A stretch of DNA of 64,000 bases. Source: Candidatus Bathyarchaeia archaeon. GTDB lineage: Archaea > Thermoproteota > Bathyarchaeia > Bathyarchaeales > Bathycorpusculaceae. Of this stretch, positions 1 through 9,748 are shown piece by piece. A program made the translations under genes and the position numbers. The notes beneath the pieces were generated by a model. That model worked only from the letters and a program-made list of their open reading frames with translations, had not been told where the DNA came from and did no database searches. Positions within the stretch are counted from its first letter, which is position 1; each line of letters begins with the position of its first letter. The stretch lies in contig JBEKSS010000011.1 of NCBI GenBank assembly GCA_049516875.1, positions 47,681 to 111,680 on the forward strand. The letters are read 5' to 3'.

Positions 1-200
1 TGACGTAGTCGCTCCAATAGTTTCCACCACTCTCGGGAGCAGTACCGTTGTTCCAAGTGTCCATAGCGTTTACCGCAAGCACTAGCGGCGTGTCGCCTAT
101 GATGTTGTTGTGGTATATCGCGTTGCCTTGGCTGAAGACATCAACTATGCATATTTGATTTAGGCCGCTAGTTATGTTGTTCTGAGCAAAGTTGTTCGCG
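1..200 (-). pseudogene. 5'-truncated fragment of a NosD/CASH beta-helix surface protein (runs off the window edge)
   Basis: Minus strand reads ANNFAQNNITSG...GNAIYHNNIIG...DTWNNGTAPESGGNYWSDYV, matching the NTIFHN...GNYWSNY region of the protein at 53279-55393. An in-frame TAA lies a few codons upstream, just past the (CG)5 run at 197-206, with no start codon in between. Confidence 0.7.
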
Positions 201-430
201 CGCGCGATTTAAGCTTTTTTGGAACATTGTTCTATGCTTGCGAACGCGCGCCACTCCCAGAAAACAAAATCAACTCAGAACCGTTCTCCCACCCATGCAA
301 CAACCCTAAATCCCCCCTTCCAAAGCCCCAAACCTCACCCCACCAAACTCAAACACACCAAAACCACCACCAGAAACCACCTGCACAAACAATCTAACAA
401 CTCACAACAACACCCAACAAGCCAGTTTTG

Positions 431-616
431 GGCCTCAGAAAAATCACGGATTGAGTACTCAAACACAATGCCAACTCTAACATGAGAAACTCAACGCCCG
501 AAACTTTTGACACTCAAAGACCTCGCAGAATTGAGTAAAAAAAGCTTCAAACCAACATGCTTCAACAATGTTTTGACACTCAAAGAAATCACGGATTGAG
601 TACTCAAAAGCAAGGC
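431..616. repeat. Dispersed ~190-bp intergenic element, copy 1
   Basis: Its reverse complement aligns colinearly with 8496-8683. Contains TTGAGTACTCAA (451-462, 596-607), TTTGACACTCAAA (506-518, 572-584) and TGAG-AAA-CTCA (483-493). Confidence 0.9.
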
Positions 617-809
617 TTTTCTCACCAAGATGTCCACCAATTCACCAACGTCGGCCCTGAGAAGAAAATGTCTGCGTCTGCGTGGATAAAACGGCCCTAG
701 GCGCAACGCCGTTTCTGCGCGCGGGCAAGGTTTGATACCCGTCTGTCGCATAGTAGGCAATGAACAGGGCTGGCAACGTGGGCTAAGTCATAAAAAAAAA
801 GAAGAGGTT

Positions 810-2234
810 TTAGAGATGTTTGTTGAAGTTCATGACGGCGATTACTATGTCTTTCATGTCGATTCTGCCGTCCGCGTTTATGTCCATGAACGGATTGTAC
901 CGAGGTGTTCCGGCGAAGGCATTGAACGATGGCAGCATAGCCATAATGCCCTTGAAGTTAACGACACCAGTATTGAGGACGTCTCCAGGCAGCATCACAT
1001 AAATGTTGCCGTAGGTTACGTTGTTGTCTGCAGGCGTAGGGTCAGTCGGCAAATCAGCGAACGCGCTGAGCGTGTAGTTGCCTATCACCCATCCAGTCGT
1101 GTTCCACGCGAACGTTAGAGTTGCGTTGTTGTTTGGGCTAAGACCAGTTTCAGTTTGAAGTGGCGCCGCCTGCGTTCCGTTAGCGTAGATTGAGACGCCA
1201 AAGGTTTCACTGAACCCTCCAGAGCCGTCGTTAGTCACCGTCACACTCACGTTCAACGAAAATCCTTGACCAACAGAAGCAGGGTTCAAAGGAACAATCT
1301 TCAAAATAGCCACATCATGCCCAGCCCCTTCTTGTATGATTTGGACTGTACCGAACGGAAAGTTGTTGTCTGCTGGTGTGGGATCTCCCGGCAAGTCTGC
1401 TGTCGCATTGAGGGCGTAGCCGCCTAACGCAAATCCATTCGTGTTCCATATGAAGGTCAGTGTCGTACTGTTACCAGAGGGCAAGGCCGTTGCTGTCTGG
1501 TTGGGTGCTGCTTGCACCGAGTTAACGAAGACCGCCACGTTAAAAGTCTCTGTGAAGCCCCCAGTGTTTGTCACCGTCACGTTCACGTTCAACGAAGAGC
1601 CGTTAACAACACTGGTCCCGTTAGTCACAATCTTCGTCACGGCGACATCATGCTTTGGCCCCGATGGCCCAGTGTAGCTGTAACTAGCACCGACCACATC
1701 AGGCAAAATCGTGAGCAGCCCCCTCAGCAGGTACGTATCTCCATTTGGGGTGGGGGGTTTAGGTTCGAAGTCAATATTGCATGAAACCTGCCCAACCACA
1801 TTAATTATCTTCAAAGTCAACACTGCAAGCCTTCCTGAGCCGTTGAAAGATGCTGCACCAACGCCGACGTTTGCGCCACCAACAGCAAGCCCCGGCTGAC
1901 TCAAATCAAAGGCTGGTATTGGTCCGTCGTATGCAAACACATTGTCCGAAGGAAGTACCATTTTGACCCCCTCAAGAAGCGTTTGATCCCAAGTGATGCC
2001 CACTTGCCAGCCCGACACCAGCGTAGCATTGGTGATGGTTACGTTTATGTCAAAAGTGTCTCCGAGAATTTTCTGGGCAGGTGTGAAGTTGAAGTTGCTT
2101 GACCCATCAAGAGGATTGATTAAGGCAATTGTTGCGCCCGCCGCTGCACGCACTGGGATAGCGATTCCCGCCGCGCTTGCAAGAAACATTGCAATCAAAA
2201 CACAAACCAGAATCTTGTTCAACCTGTATTTCAC
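810..2234 (-). CDS. Secreted cohesin-like + 2x CARDB/Ig-like + C-terminal dockerin protein
   Basis: Signal peptide; cohesin-like segment (FDINVTITNATLVSGWQVGITWD...GSGRLAVLTLKI); two HDVA(V/I)..NVTVTN.G...ETF..DNN repeats; dockerin-like tail PGDVLNTGVVN...DINADGRIDMKDI. Confidence 0.8.
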   Translation of the reverse strand: MKYRLNKILVCVLIAMFLASAAGIAIPVRAAAGATIALINPLDGSSNFNFTPAQKILGDTFDINVTITNATLVSGWQVGITWDQTLLEGVKMVLPSDNVFAYDGPIPAFDLSQPGLAVGGANVGVGAASFNGSGRLAVLTLKIINVVGQVSCNIDFEPKPPTPNGDTYLLRGLLTILPDVVGASYSYTGPSGPKHDVAVTKIVTNGTSVVNGSSLNVNVTVTNTGGFTETFNVAVFVNSVQAAPNQTATALPSGNSTTLTFIWNTNGFALGGYALNATADLPGDPTPADNNFPFGTVQIIQEGAGHDVAILKIVPLNPASVGQGFSLNVSVTVTNDGSGGFSETFGVSIYANGTQAAPLQTETGLSPNNNATLTFAWNTTGWVIGNYTLSAFADLPTDPTPADNNVTYGNIYVMLPGDVLNTGVVNFKGIMAMLPSFNAFAGTPRYNPFMDINADGRIDMKDIVIAVMNFNKHL

Positions 2235-2555
2235 GTTTTTCTCTCCTTATGTTCCACTCTTCCCCTCTACAACGTCTGATGGAATATCTGACGAATTGGA
2301 ACCTTTAAACTTTCTGGAATGTTATTCTATATTATTACCACACTTGCTGGACAGCAATAAACGGTCCAGACAGTCTCCCAAGTCGATGCAGTTGAACACG
2401 ACCAATCTCACCGAAACTCCGCAAGTAACTAGTCAATTCACTCTTCGACACAGAGCCACCTTGAACATTGAAAACCCATCGCCTACGAAACAAACCGAAA
2501 GCTTTTATTGAAGTTCAAAACTTACTTTGGCAATACTGCTTGAAGATGGTGCTTT

Positions 2556-3326
2556 ATGAGTCTACAGAAAGGCGATTTCATACTGGTAGACTACGTTGCC
2601 AAAGTCAAGGAAACAGCCGAAGTCTTCGACACAACCCTTGAAGAAACGGCCAAGAAAGAACACCTATACAAAGAAGGCGACATCTACGAGCCCAAGCTTG
2701 TGGTCATCGGCGAAGGATGGGTCATCAAGGCTCTGGACGAAAACTTGGCAACGATGGAAGTGGACAAAGCTGCCGTAGTCGAAATCCCGCCCGACAAAGC
2801 CTTCGGCCCAAGAGATCCAGAAAAGGTCAAGCGTGTTCCCCTGAAGCAGCTGCTGGCCAAAGACATCACACCCACGTTGGGAAAGCGCATCGAATACAGC
2901 GGCAAAACGGCCACAGTCCGCGCCATAGGAGCCGGCCGTGTTCTCCTCGACTTCAACCCTCCACTCGCTGGAAAGACACTCGTCTACGACACAACCGTGA
3001 AGAAGAAACTTGAGACAGCAAAAGAAAAAATCGCCGCACTCATTCACCGTCGAATACCGACTGTCGAGCAGGCCAAATTTCAGTTCACTGCAAAGTCAAG
3101 AACCGTAAACATCGACATGCCCGAAGAAGCCTTCTACCTTGAAGGAATTCAACTGGCCAAAAGAGGCATAGCCTTGGATATTCAGAGATTCCTTGAAGGC
3201 ATAGCCACCGTCAAGTTCGCTGAAACCTTTAAAACTGAGCCTAAGAAGGCAGAGGCTAAACCAGAAAAAGAGCCTGCAGAGGAAACTGAGACAAAGCCGA
3301 CGACGGAAGCCGAAACCAAAACCTAG
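2556..3326 (+). CDS. slyD: Long-type archaeal FKBP peptidyl-prolyl isomerase (SlyD-like)
   Basis: KGDFILVDY, VFDTT, IPPDKAFGPRDP and DFNPPLAGKTL motifs, plus an archaeal C-terminal domain. Confidence 0.92.
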   Translation: MSLQKGDFILVDYVAKVKETAEVFDTTLEETAKKEHLYKEGDIYEPKLVVIGEGWVIKALDENLATMEVDKAAVVEIPPDKAFGPRDPEKVKRVPLKQLLAKDITPTLGKRIEYSGKTATVRAIGAGRVLLDFNPPLAGKTLVYDTTVKKKLETAKEKIAALIHRRIPTVEQAKFQFTAKSRTVNIDMPEEAFYLEGIQLAKRGIALDIQRFLEGIATVKFAETFKTEPKKAEAKPEKEPAEETETKPTTEAETKT

Positions 3327-3393
3327 TCTTCCAAAAAAGCTGTCGAAAGCACCGCTCTCGCTTGTTACTGCTGTTCCTTGCAACTTCGGCGTT

Positions 3394-4461
3394 TCAGATG
3401 ACCCCTGTCACTTTTGCTAGGTGTTCGTAGGACTCACGCCTCAGGTTCAGCTTGTCCAGAATCGTGTATCTCTCAGGCCTTATGGAAGTGGCCATCCTCA
3501 AAGCCTTAAGCACATCCTCCTTTTCCACCCCGAGTTCCCTCGCGTTCGTGGGGGCTTCGAGCTTCTTCAAGGAGTCTCGTACGCGCTTCCAGTTTCCCCC
3601 GTGCAGGTAGGTCATCATTATCGTTCCCACGCCGCATCTTTCACCGTGCAGGGCATGGTTAGGCCTAATGACATCAAGCGCATGGCTGAACAGGTGTTCT
3701 GAACCGCTGCAAGGGCGGCTGCTTCCCGCGATGCTCATCGCCACTCCACAGCTTATCAACGCCTCCAGGAGAATCCGCAAGCCCTCCTCATTCGCGGTCA
3801 TCATCAACCTCACGTTCCGCATAACGTGCTTCGCACTCATCAAAGCCAAGCTTGCAGCGTACCCGCCGTAATACTCGTTTCTATCCTCATGCGCCAGTTT
3901 CCAGTCTTTGACCGCCGTGAACTTTGCAATCACGTCTTCACAGCCGCTTACGGCAAAGCGCCAAGGCGCTTGCATTATCATTTTCGTGTCCGCCACGATA
4001 GCTAACGGAGCTTGAGCCACAACCGAGTACGGTTTCTCGTAACCCTTGATAGAAGACAGGGGACTCGCGATTCCGTCATGAGAAGCCGTTGTGGGCACAC
4101 TGATGAAAGGGACACCTTGGTTGGCGGAGCTGCACTTTGCAACGTCAATTTTGGTCCCACCCCCCACGGCGAACACGATTTGCGGCTTCAAGGTTTTAAT
4201 TCTCTCTTCAACGGCTTTCACATCGCGTGCAGTTGCGTTTTCAACGAGGAATGTCTGAACCGCCATTCCTTCCTTCTTCTCAAGAAGCTCCTTCACCCTT
4301 TTACCCGCGATGTCAAGAGTTTTTGAACCAGCTATGATGAGCGCAGATTCTGTGAACCCCAAACGTCGGGAGATCTCGCCTATGCGTTCTATCGCCCCGT
4401 GTCCAACGATTACCTCCCTTGGAAACTGCATTCGATGATGTTTCAGGGGCAAAACGATCAC
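3394..4461 (-). CDS. egsA: sn-glycerol-1-phosphate dehydrogenase
   Basis: GGGTKIDVAK, PTTASHDGIASP, SSRPCSGSEHLFSHALD, LHGE and RPERYTIL motifs. Confidence 0.95.
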   Translation of the reverse strand: MIVLPLKHHRMQFPREVIVGHGAIERIGEISRRLGFTESALIIAGSKTLDIAGKRVKELLEKKEGMAVQTFLVENATARDVKAVEERIKTLKPQIVFAVGGGTKIDVAKCSSANQGVPFISVPTTASHDGIASPLSSIKGYEKPYSVVAQAPLAIVADTKMIMQAPWRFAVSGCEDVIAKFTAVKDWKLAHEDRNEYYGGYAASLALMSAKHVMRNVRLMMTANEEGLRILLEALISCGVAMSIAGSSRPCSGSEHLFSHALDVIRPNHALHGERCGVGTIMMTYLHGGNWKRVRDSLKKLEAPTNARELGVEKEDVLKALRMATSIRPERYTILDKLNLRRESYEHLAKVTGVI

Positions 4462-4606
4462 TGCTCAGTCACGTATCTGCAGCCCTTTTTATAGCGATTT
4501 ACGTTCGAAGCTTAAAAAGGCTTCTCATAGAAACACATGCGCGCAGTTGGGGCGAGGGGAAAGATAAATACTTGGTTGACCAATGTTCGGAACAGAGGAA
4601 AGAAAG

Positions 4607-5113
4607 ATGTCATCTTGCAGAAACTGCGGGAACGAGTTGCCGGAAGGCGCAGCCTACTGTCCGAAATGCGGGACGCTGGTGGAAACGGCACGGCAGCTCA
4701 GGTTGGCCTTCTGGGGCGAGAGGTTCTTGGCATGGCTGGTGGACGTTGTTATTCTCGGGATCATCATGGCACCGATAGGAGTTCTTGCTTGGTTAGGATG
4801 GCCTGGCTTCGCGATAGTGCCACGTTTGCCGTTCTGGATTCCGTTCGTGAACTTCGGATTCAGCAACGTCGTTTATTTCTTGTACTGGTTGTTGATGGAA
4901 GGAATCTACGGGCGATCGTTGGGCAAAATGCTCATGAGATTAAGAGTAACGCGGCTAGACGGTGAACACATGGACATGGCGCAGGCAGCGATAGAAAGCG
5001 TTGGAAAGGCTTTCCTGTTTCCATTGGACGTGATTCTGGGATGGATCCTTCATTCTAAAAGAAGGCAGAGAATATTCAATTATCTGTCAGGTACTATCGT
5101 GCTTAAAGCCTGA
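4607..5113 (+). CDS. Zinc-ribbon + RDD family membrane protein
   Basis: CRNCG...YCPKCG ribbon; ERFLAWLVD, GRSLGKMLMRLRV and RRQRIFNYLSGTIV RDD motifs. Confidence 0.88.
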   Translation: MSSCRNCGNELPEGAAYCPKCGTLVETARQLRLAFWGERFLAWLVDVVILGIIMAPIGVLAWLGWPGFAIVPRLPFWIPFVNFGFSNVVYFLYWLLMEGIYGRSLGKMLMRLRVTRLDGEHMDMAQAAIESVGKAFLFPLDVILGWILHSKRRQRIFNYLSGTIVLKA

Positions 5114-5350
5114 GCACACGATGAAAGCTTGGCTTTTGACGCGTAGGCGAAACAGGCGAGGTCGCAATCTGGAAACCTGCTCATGCCCTGCGGGCGCCCC
5201 TTGAGCTTGGTGATTTTCGTTCGCGATGGTTGCTTTTGTTTCTGTGTTCTTGAGCGCAATGTTAATTAACACCTTGATCATGATTAGATGATGCTACTTC
5301 CTTGCGAAGTAATTCCGTGCCGCATTTAGGTTTTGGGGAGACCATTGAAA

Positions 5351-5992
5351 ATGGCAAACAACAATGATGTGATAGACAAGCTAGCGTTGAAAGGAACCAC
5401 GACAATTGGCGTCGTCTGCAAAGACGGGGTAATATTGGCGTCGGACACGCGGGTAACCATGGGTTTCTACGTGGCTCACAAACACGGGAAAAAAGTCTAC
5501 CAGATAGACGACCACTTGGCCATGACGATTGCTGGAAGTGTTGCCGATGCTCAGAGGGCTGTCGACATACTCACTGCTAATGCACACCTTTACAGGATGA
5601 ACATGGGCAGGCCTTTGCCCGTGAACTCTGCTGCAAGGTTCTTGGCGAATCTCCTGTTTTCAGCCAGGTACGTGCCTCTCTTGGCACAGGTTCTAGTGGG
5701 CGGTGTGGATGACACTGGGCCGCACGTGTTCGCGATAGATCCCTTCGGTAGTCTGACAGAGGAGAAATACGTTTCTACGGGTTCAGGATCGCCAGTGGCT
5801 TACGGCATTCTAGAGGACAAGTACCGGGAGGGCGCGGCTGTAAAGGAAATGTTGCCCGTGATTGTCAAGGCTGTTAATGCTTCCATGAAGCGTGACTCGG
5901 CGAGTGGAGACAGTTTCAACGTTGCTGTGATTGATGAGAAGGGCTACAGGGATTTGACTGACAAGGAGAAGAAGCAGCTTCTAGCCGATTGA
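5351..5992 (+). CDS. psmB: 20S proteasome beta subunit
   Basis: Propeptide followed by KG/TTTIG; GSVADAQ, TGSGSP and RDSASGD motifs. Confidence 0.96.
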   Translation: MANNNDVIDKLALKGTTTIGVVCKDGVILASDTRVTMGFYVAHKHGKKVYQIDDHLAMTIAGSVADAQRAVDILTANAHLYRMNMGRPLPVNSAARFLANLLFSARYVPLLAQVLVGGVDDTGPHVFAIDPFGSLTEEKYVSTGSGSPVAYGILEDKYREGAAVKEMLPVIVKAVNASMKRDSASGDSFNVAVIDEKGYRDLTDKEKKQLLAD

Positions 5993-6005
5993 GGAAGTTA
6001 GAACG

Positions 6006-7922
6006 GTGCAGGACTCGGGTAGGGAAAAGATAGAAATCAGTCAGTACATTCTGGGGCATGTTCCGAAAGAAGCTGAGGTGACGAGAATAGAGTACGAAGC
6101 CTCAACGCTTGCCGTGTACACCAAGAGGCCTGAGGTGCTCGTTGAGCAGAGCAGTGTCATCGCGAACATAGTTAACGTCATAAGGAAACGGATAGTCATC
6201 CGTTCTGATCCCTCGGTCAGGCTTCAGGAAGCCGAGGCTGAAAAGATCGCGAAGGACATAATCTCGCCTGAAGCAGAGGTGACGGACATAAACTTTGACC
6301 CCAGCCTGGGCGAGATAATAATCGACGCGAAGAAGCCTGGGCTTGTCATAGGCAAGAACGGGGCGGTTCTGCAGGAGATCATCAGGCGGACTAAGTGGCG
6401 ACCGCACGTTCTGAGGAGCCCACCGCTGAAGTCCAAGATAGTTACTCACATGCGTCACTATCTGCACTCGGAAAGCAAGGAGAGAGAGCGGATACTGCGC
6501 ACTGTGGGGGAAAGGATTTTCAGGCCTAAGGCTTTTGAGGTGGGGGACCTCAGGATTACGGCGCTCGGCGGCTTTCAGGAAGTTGGAAGGTCTGCGATTC
6601 TTGTGCAGACCCGGGAGAGCAGCGTACTCTTGGACTGCGGAATAAACCCAGGTTCGTCGAGACCGTTTGAGGCTTTTCCAAGGCTTGACAATCCCGCGTT
6701 TCAGCTTGAGTCTCTGGACGCCGTTATCGTGAGCCATGCTCATCTGGACCATTGCGGTCTGATACCTTTCTTGTACAAGTATGGCTATGACGGCCCGATT
6801 TACTGTTCAGCGCCGACTTCGAACTTGATGACGTTGCTTCAACTGGATTATTTGGACGTGGCTGGCAAGCAGGGTGTGACACCTTATTATGATCAGAAGG
6901 ACGTTCGTGAGTCAGTGTTGCACACGCTTCCTTTGCGGTTTGGTGTTGTCACTGACATCGCTCCTGACGTTCGGTTGACCTTGCACAACGCTGGTCACAT
7001 CTTGGGTTCTGCGATGGTTCATCTGCACATAGGCGAAGGCTTGCACAACATTGTTTACACTGGTGATTACAAGTTTTCGCGGACGATGCTTCTGGAGGGG
7101 GCGACAACCGAGTTTCCGAGGGTTGAGACGGTGATTACCGAGAGCACCTACGGTGGGCCGGATGATGTTATGCCTTCGCGGATTGAGGCTGAAGAGCGGT
7201 TGGCGGCTGTCGTGAACGAGACTTTGGACCGCAAGGGCAAGGTTTTGATTCCGGTGCCGGCTGTGGGCAGGGCGCAGGAGATTATGCTCGTCCTTGACGA
7301 TTACATGCGGCGCGGAATCATGAAGGAGGCTCCTGTTTTCATTGAAGGAATGATTTCTGAGGCCACGGCGATTCACACGGCTTACCCGGAGTATCTGGGC
7401 AGAGAGGTTCGCAACAGCATACTTCACGATGGCGTTAACCCTTTCCAGTCGGATTACTTCACGATTGTGGAGCATCCGAGCGTCAGGCAGGAGATAATCG
7501 AGGGCGAGCCGTGTATAGTAATGGCTACTTCCGGAATGCTTGAGGGTGGCCCTGTGATTGAATACTTCAAGAGCTTGGCGGATAACGAGAACAACTCGAT
7601 AGTTTTTGTGAGTTATCAGATTGAGGGCACGATGGGTAGAAGGGTGCAGAAGGGCTTGAACGAGGTGGCTTTGATGACTGCTGAAGGCAAGATGGACGTT
7701 ATTAAGGTCAGGCTGCGTACGGAGTCGATAGAAGGCTTTTCGGGGCACAGTGACAGGCGGCAGATATTCAATTACGTGACGCATTTGCAGCCGAAGCCTG
7801 AGAGGGTGGTTGTGTGTCACGGTGAGAGGGCCAAGTGTTTGAGCATGGCTGATTTCATTGAGAGAAGATGTGAAGTTCAGACTCTTGTTCCAGCGGTGAT
7901 GGAGACGTTTAGGCTGCTGTAG
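6006..7922 (+). CDS. fttA: beta-CASP ribonuclease aCPSF1 / transcription termination factor
   Basis: N-terminal KH domains (KKPGLVIGKNG); SHAHLDH, NAGHILGS and GFSGHSD motifs; conserved position after psmB. Confidence 0.96.
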   Translation: MQDSGREKIEISQYILGHVPKEAEVTRIEYEASTLAVYTKRPEVLVEQSSVIANIVNVIRKRIVIRSDPSVRLQEAEAEKIAKDIISPEAEVTDINFDPSLGEIIIDAKKPGLVIGKNGAVLQEIIRRTKWRPHVLRSPPLKSKIVTHMRHYLHSESKERERILRTVGERIFRPKAFEVGDLRITALGGFQEVGRSAILVQTRESSVLLDCGINPGSSRPFEAFPRLDNPAFQLESLDAVIVSHAHLDHCGLIPFLYKYGYDGPIYCSAPTSNLMTLLQLDYLDVAGKQGVTPYYDQKDVRESVLHTLPLRFGVVTDIAPDVRLTLHNAGHILGSAMVHLHIGEGLHNIVYTGDYKFSRTMLLEGATTEFPRVETVITESTYGGPDDVMPSRIEAEERLAAVVNETLDRKGKVLIPVPAVGRAQEIMLVLDDYMRRGIMKEAPVFIEGMISEATAIHTAYPEYLGREVRNSILHDGVNPFQSDYFTIVEHPSVRQEIIEGEPCIVMATSGMLEGGPVIEYFKSLADNENNSIVFVSYQIEGTMGRRVQKGLNEVALMTAEGKMDVIKVRLRTESIEGFSGHSDRRQIFNYVTHLQPKPERVVVCHGERAKCLSMADFIERRCEVQTLVPAVMETFRLL

Positions 7923-8268
7923 GTATAGGCTCGTTGGAGACGGACGTTTTTTCTCGCCAGATTTTCACGTTTGGAGGGCAGATTACGACTCTTTCTTCTC
8001 CGAGTCTTGCGATGTCTCCTCCAACGGATTCAGCGAACTCGCTTAGCTCGTTCACGGCGCGTTTGACGTCGTCGATGCTTTTGTTCGCAAGAGGAGTTAT
8101 CCTGAGGATGAGAATGTTTCCTGAGTTCACCTCGGCCTTCACCGAGTCGATGTCAGACAGTTCACGGAGAGGCATGGCTTTCAGGTAGGCTTTGCCAGAA
8201 CCCTCTTTGACGTCGGCTTCTTTCTCGTCCTTTTTGGACTTGCGGAGTAATCCTCCTAATCCTGGCAA
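7909..8268 (-). CDS. sepF: Archaeal SepF-family protein
   Basis: GNILILRITPL...GGDIARLGEERVVICPPNVKI is typical of the archaeal SepF core. Confidence 0.85.
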   Translation of the reverse strand: MPGLGGLLRKSKKDEKEADVKEGSGKAYLKAMPLRELSDIDSVKAEVNSGNILILRITPLANKSIDDVKRAVNELSEFAESVGGDIARLGEERVVICPPNVKIWREKTSVSNEPIPTAA

Positions 8269-8495
8269 GCTTCTCCTCTCTTATCCTGTATTTGGCTTTC
8301 AAGAGTTTAAGCGTTTCCTAGTCTAACGTCTGAACTGTTAGTGTGAATTGACTATTAAAGTGTTCTAGAATTCCATGTTTGCAAAGGTAAACCTTGGGCG
8401 TTCTTGATGGATGGGAAGGAAAGAAAATGGTTTGCTGTGCGCTATTTTTGGTGCTCCGAATGTTGACAAATGAACGGTGCATGTTGGCGTGTGAG

Positions 8496-8683
8496 GCCTT
8501 GTGTTTGAGTGCTCAATCCGTGATTTCTTTGAGACTCAAAACATTGTTGAAGCATGTTGGTTCCGTGCTTTTTTTACTCAATTCCGCGGGGTTTTTGAGT
8601 GTCAAAAATTTTGGGTGTTGAGTTTCTCATGTTAGAGTTGGCGTTCTTGTGTTTGAGTACTCAATCTGTGATTTTTTTGAGGC
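8496..8683. repeat. Dispersed ~190-bp intergenic element, copy 2 (inverted relative to copy 1)
   Basis: Long shared blocks with the reverse complement of 431-616, e.g. CTCAATCCGTGATTTCTTTGAG, CAAAACATTGTTGAAGCATGTTGGTT and GTTGAGTTTCTCATGTTAGAGTTGGC. Confidence 0.9.
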
Positions 8684-8737
8684 TCCATGGGGTTTTGTTT
8701 GCCGGGTGGGTTGTTTGGGTTCGTTGTCGGTGGGTTG

Positions 8738-9247
8738 TTAGGTTGGGGTGGCGAGTTGTTTTAGTTGGTTCCAGGTTTTGTCTCCGACGTAGTGTGTGTT
8801 TTTGATGATGATGCCTTGTTTGGTGTTTTTTGCTTGTTCTGTGTCGTAGAGGGCTTCGCCGAGTGCGATTGTTTTGCCGTGTTTCTCGTCTGTTATGAGG
8901 ACGAGGTCGCCTTTCTGGAATTCGCCGCGGAACTGTCTGATTCCCGGTGCCATCACGTTTGCTCCTTTGCATATGTAGGGAACGGCTCCCATGTCAACGG
9001 TGACTTTGGGTGCTTGGTCGAGGAATTCTTTGAAAGTCAGTGTCGGGTAGATGTTTTCTCCGGTCTTGGCTAGGACTGGTTTCCCGTTTATGAGGAAGAT
9101 TTCAATGGATTCTGTTTGAACGACTTCAACGTTGACCCTGTCTTTCAATATTTGTTCCAGGTCGATTCTGAGTCTTTTCGAAGCTTTGTCCAGGAGCTCC
9201 TTTGATTCTCTTGCTTTCAAGAAATATCGTCTGTGTTTTCCAGACAT
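8738..9247 (-). CDS. DUF1947 + PUA-domain RNA-binding protein (MCT-1/Tma20-like)
   Basis: IYPTL, VTVDMGAVPYICKGANVMAPGI and HYVGD motifs. Confidence 0.9.
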   Translation of the reverse strand: MSGKHRRYFLKARESKELLDKASKRLRIDLEQILKDRVNVEVVQTESIEIFLINGKPVLAKTGENIYPTLTFKEFLDQAPKVTVDMGAVPYICKGANVMAPGIRQFRGEFQKGDLVLITDEKHGKTIALGEALYDTEQAKNTKQGIIIKNTHYVGDKTWNQLKQLATPT

Positions 9248-9326
9248 TCTGCTTCTCTCTTGGATAAGGTTTAAATGTGTAGGTTTAGGTATAAAAGGCA
9301 TGACTTCATGGGTTTGAGGGTTTAAA

Positions 9327-9554
9327 ATGAGCGAAATGACGACTGAGATACTTGAGCAGAACTTGGGAAAGATCGTGCTCGTGAGATTGAAAGGCGGGAA
9401 AAGCCTGCGTGGAAAACTTAAAGGGTTCGATCAGCACCTGAATCTCGTTCTGGAAGAGACGGAAGACACGACGACTTCTGAAAACGTTAGGAAGCTCGGG
9501 CAGATAATCGTCCGAGGAGACAACGTGGTTCTTATTTCACCGCCGCCAAGGTGA
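9327..9554 (+). CDS. Sm-like archaeal protein (SmAP1/Lsm)
   Basis: GKLKGFDQHLNLVL and IIVRGDNVVLISP; classic linkage to L37e. Confidence 0.95.
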   Translation: MSEMTTEILEQNLGKIVLVRLKGGKSLRGKLKGFDQHLNLVLEETEDTTTSENVRKLGQIIVRGDNVVLISPPPR

Positions 9555-9748
9555 CACCGTTGGGAAAGGGAACACCCTCTTTCGGCAAGCGCCAGGGTAA
9601 AAAGGTTCACATAAAGTGCAGACGATGCGGAAGAAGATCTTACAACGTGACTAAGATGCGGTGTGCCGCCTGCGGCTATGGAGCAACGCCCGTGATGAAA
9701 ACGTATTCTTGGCGGACTAAAACCCTGCACAGGGAAAGAACGCGTTGA
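9551..9748 (+). CDS. rpl37e: 50S ribosomal protein L37e
   Basis: KGTPSFGKR...HIKCRRCGRRSY...CAACGYG...YSW. Confidence 0.96.
   Translation: MTPLGKGTPSFGKRQGKKVHIKCRRCGRRSYNVTKMRCAACGYGATPVMKTYSWRTKTLHRERTR

Noticed and set aside
219-485. 88-aa ORF rich in T/H/K/P/N/Q
   Set aside because: Its composition simply reflects the A/C-skewed flank of the repeat element; no motif.
431-616. Mini-CRISPR array
   Set aside because: Internal repeats occur only twice with irregular spacing, the intervening sequence is conserved between the two copies, and no cas genes are present.
6102-7820. Long antisense ORFs over fttA (and similar ones over dnaK, cdc48, the ArsR-like gene and surface genes)
   Set aside because: Shadow frames of well-supported genes on the opposite strand.
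491-8805. Similar short ORFs at 491-760 (-), 8394-8621 (+) and 8599-8805 (+) as a small gene family
   Set aside because: Similarity is confined to the nucleotide repeat, the starts differ, and the DNA palindromes explain the conservation better.
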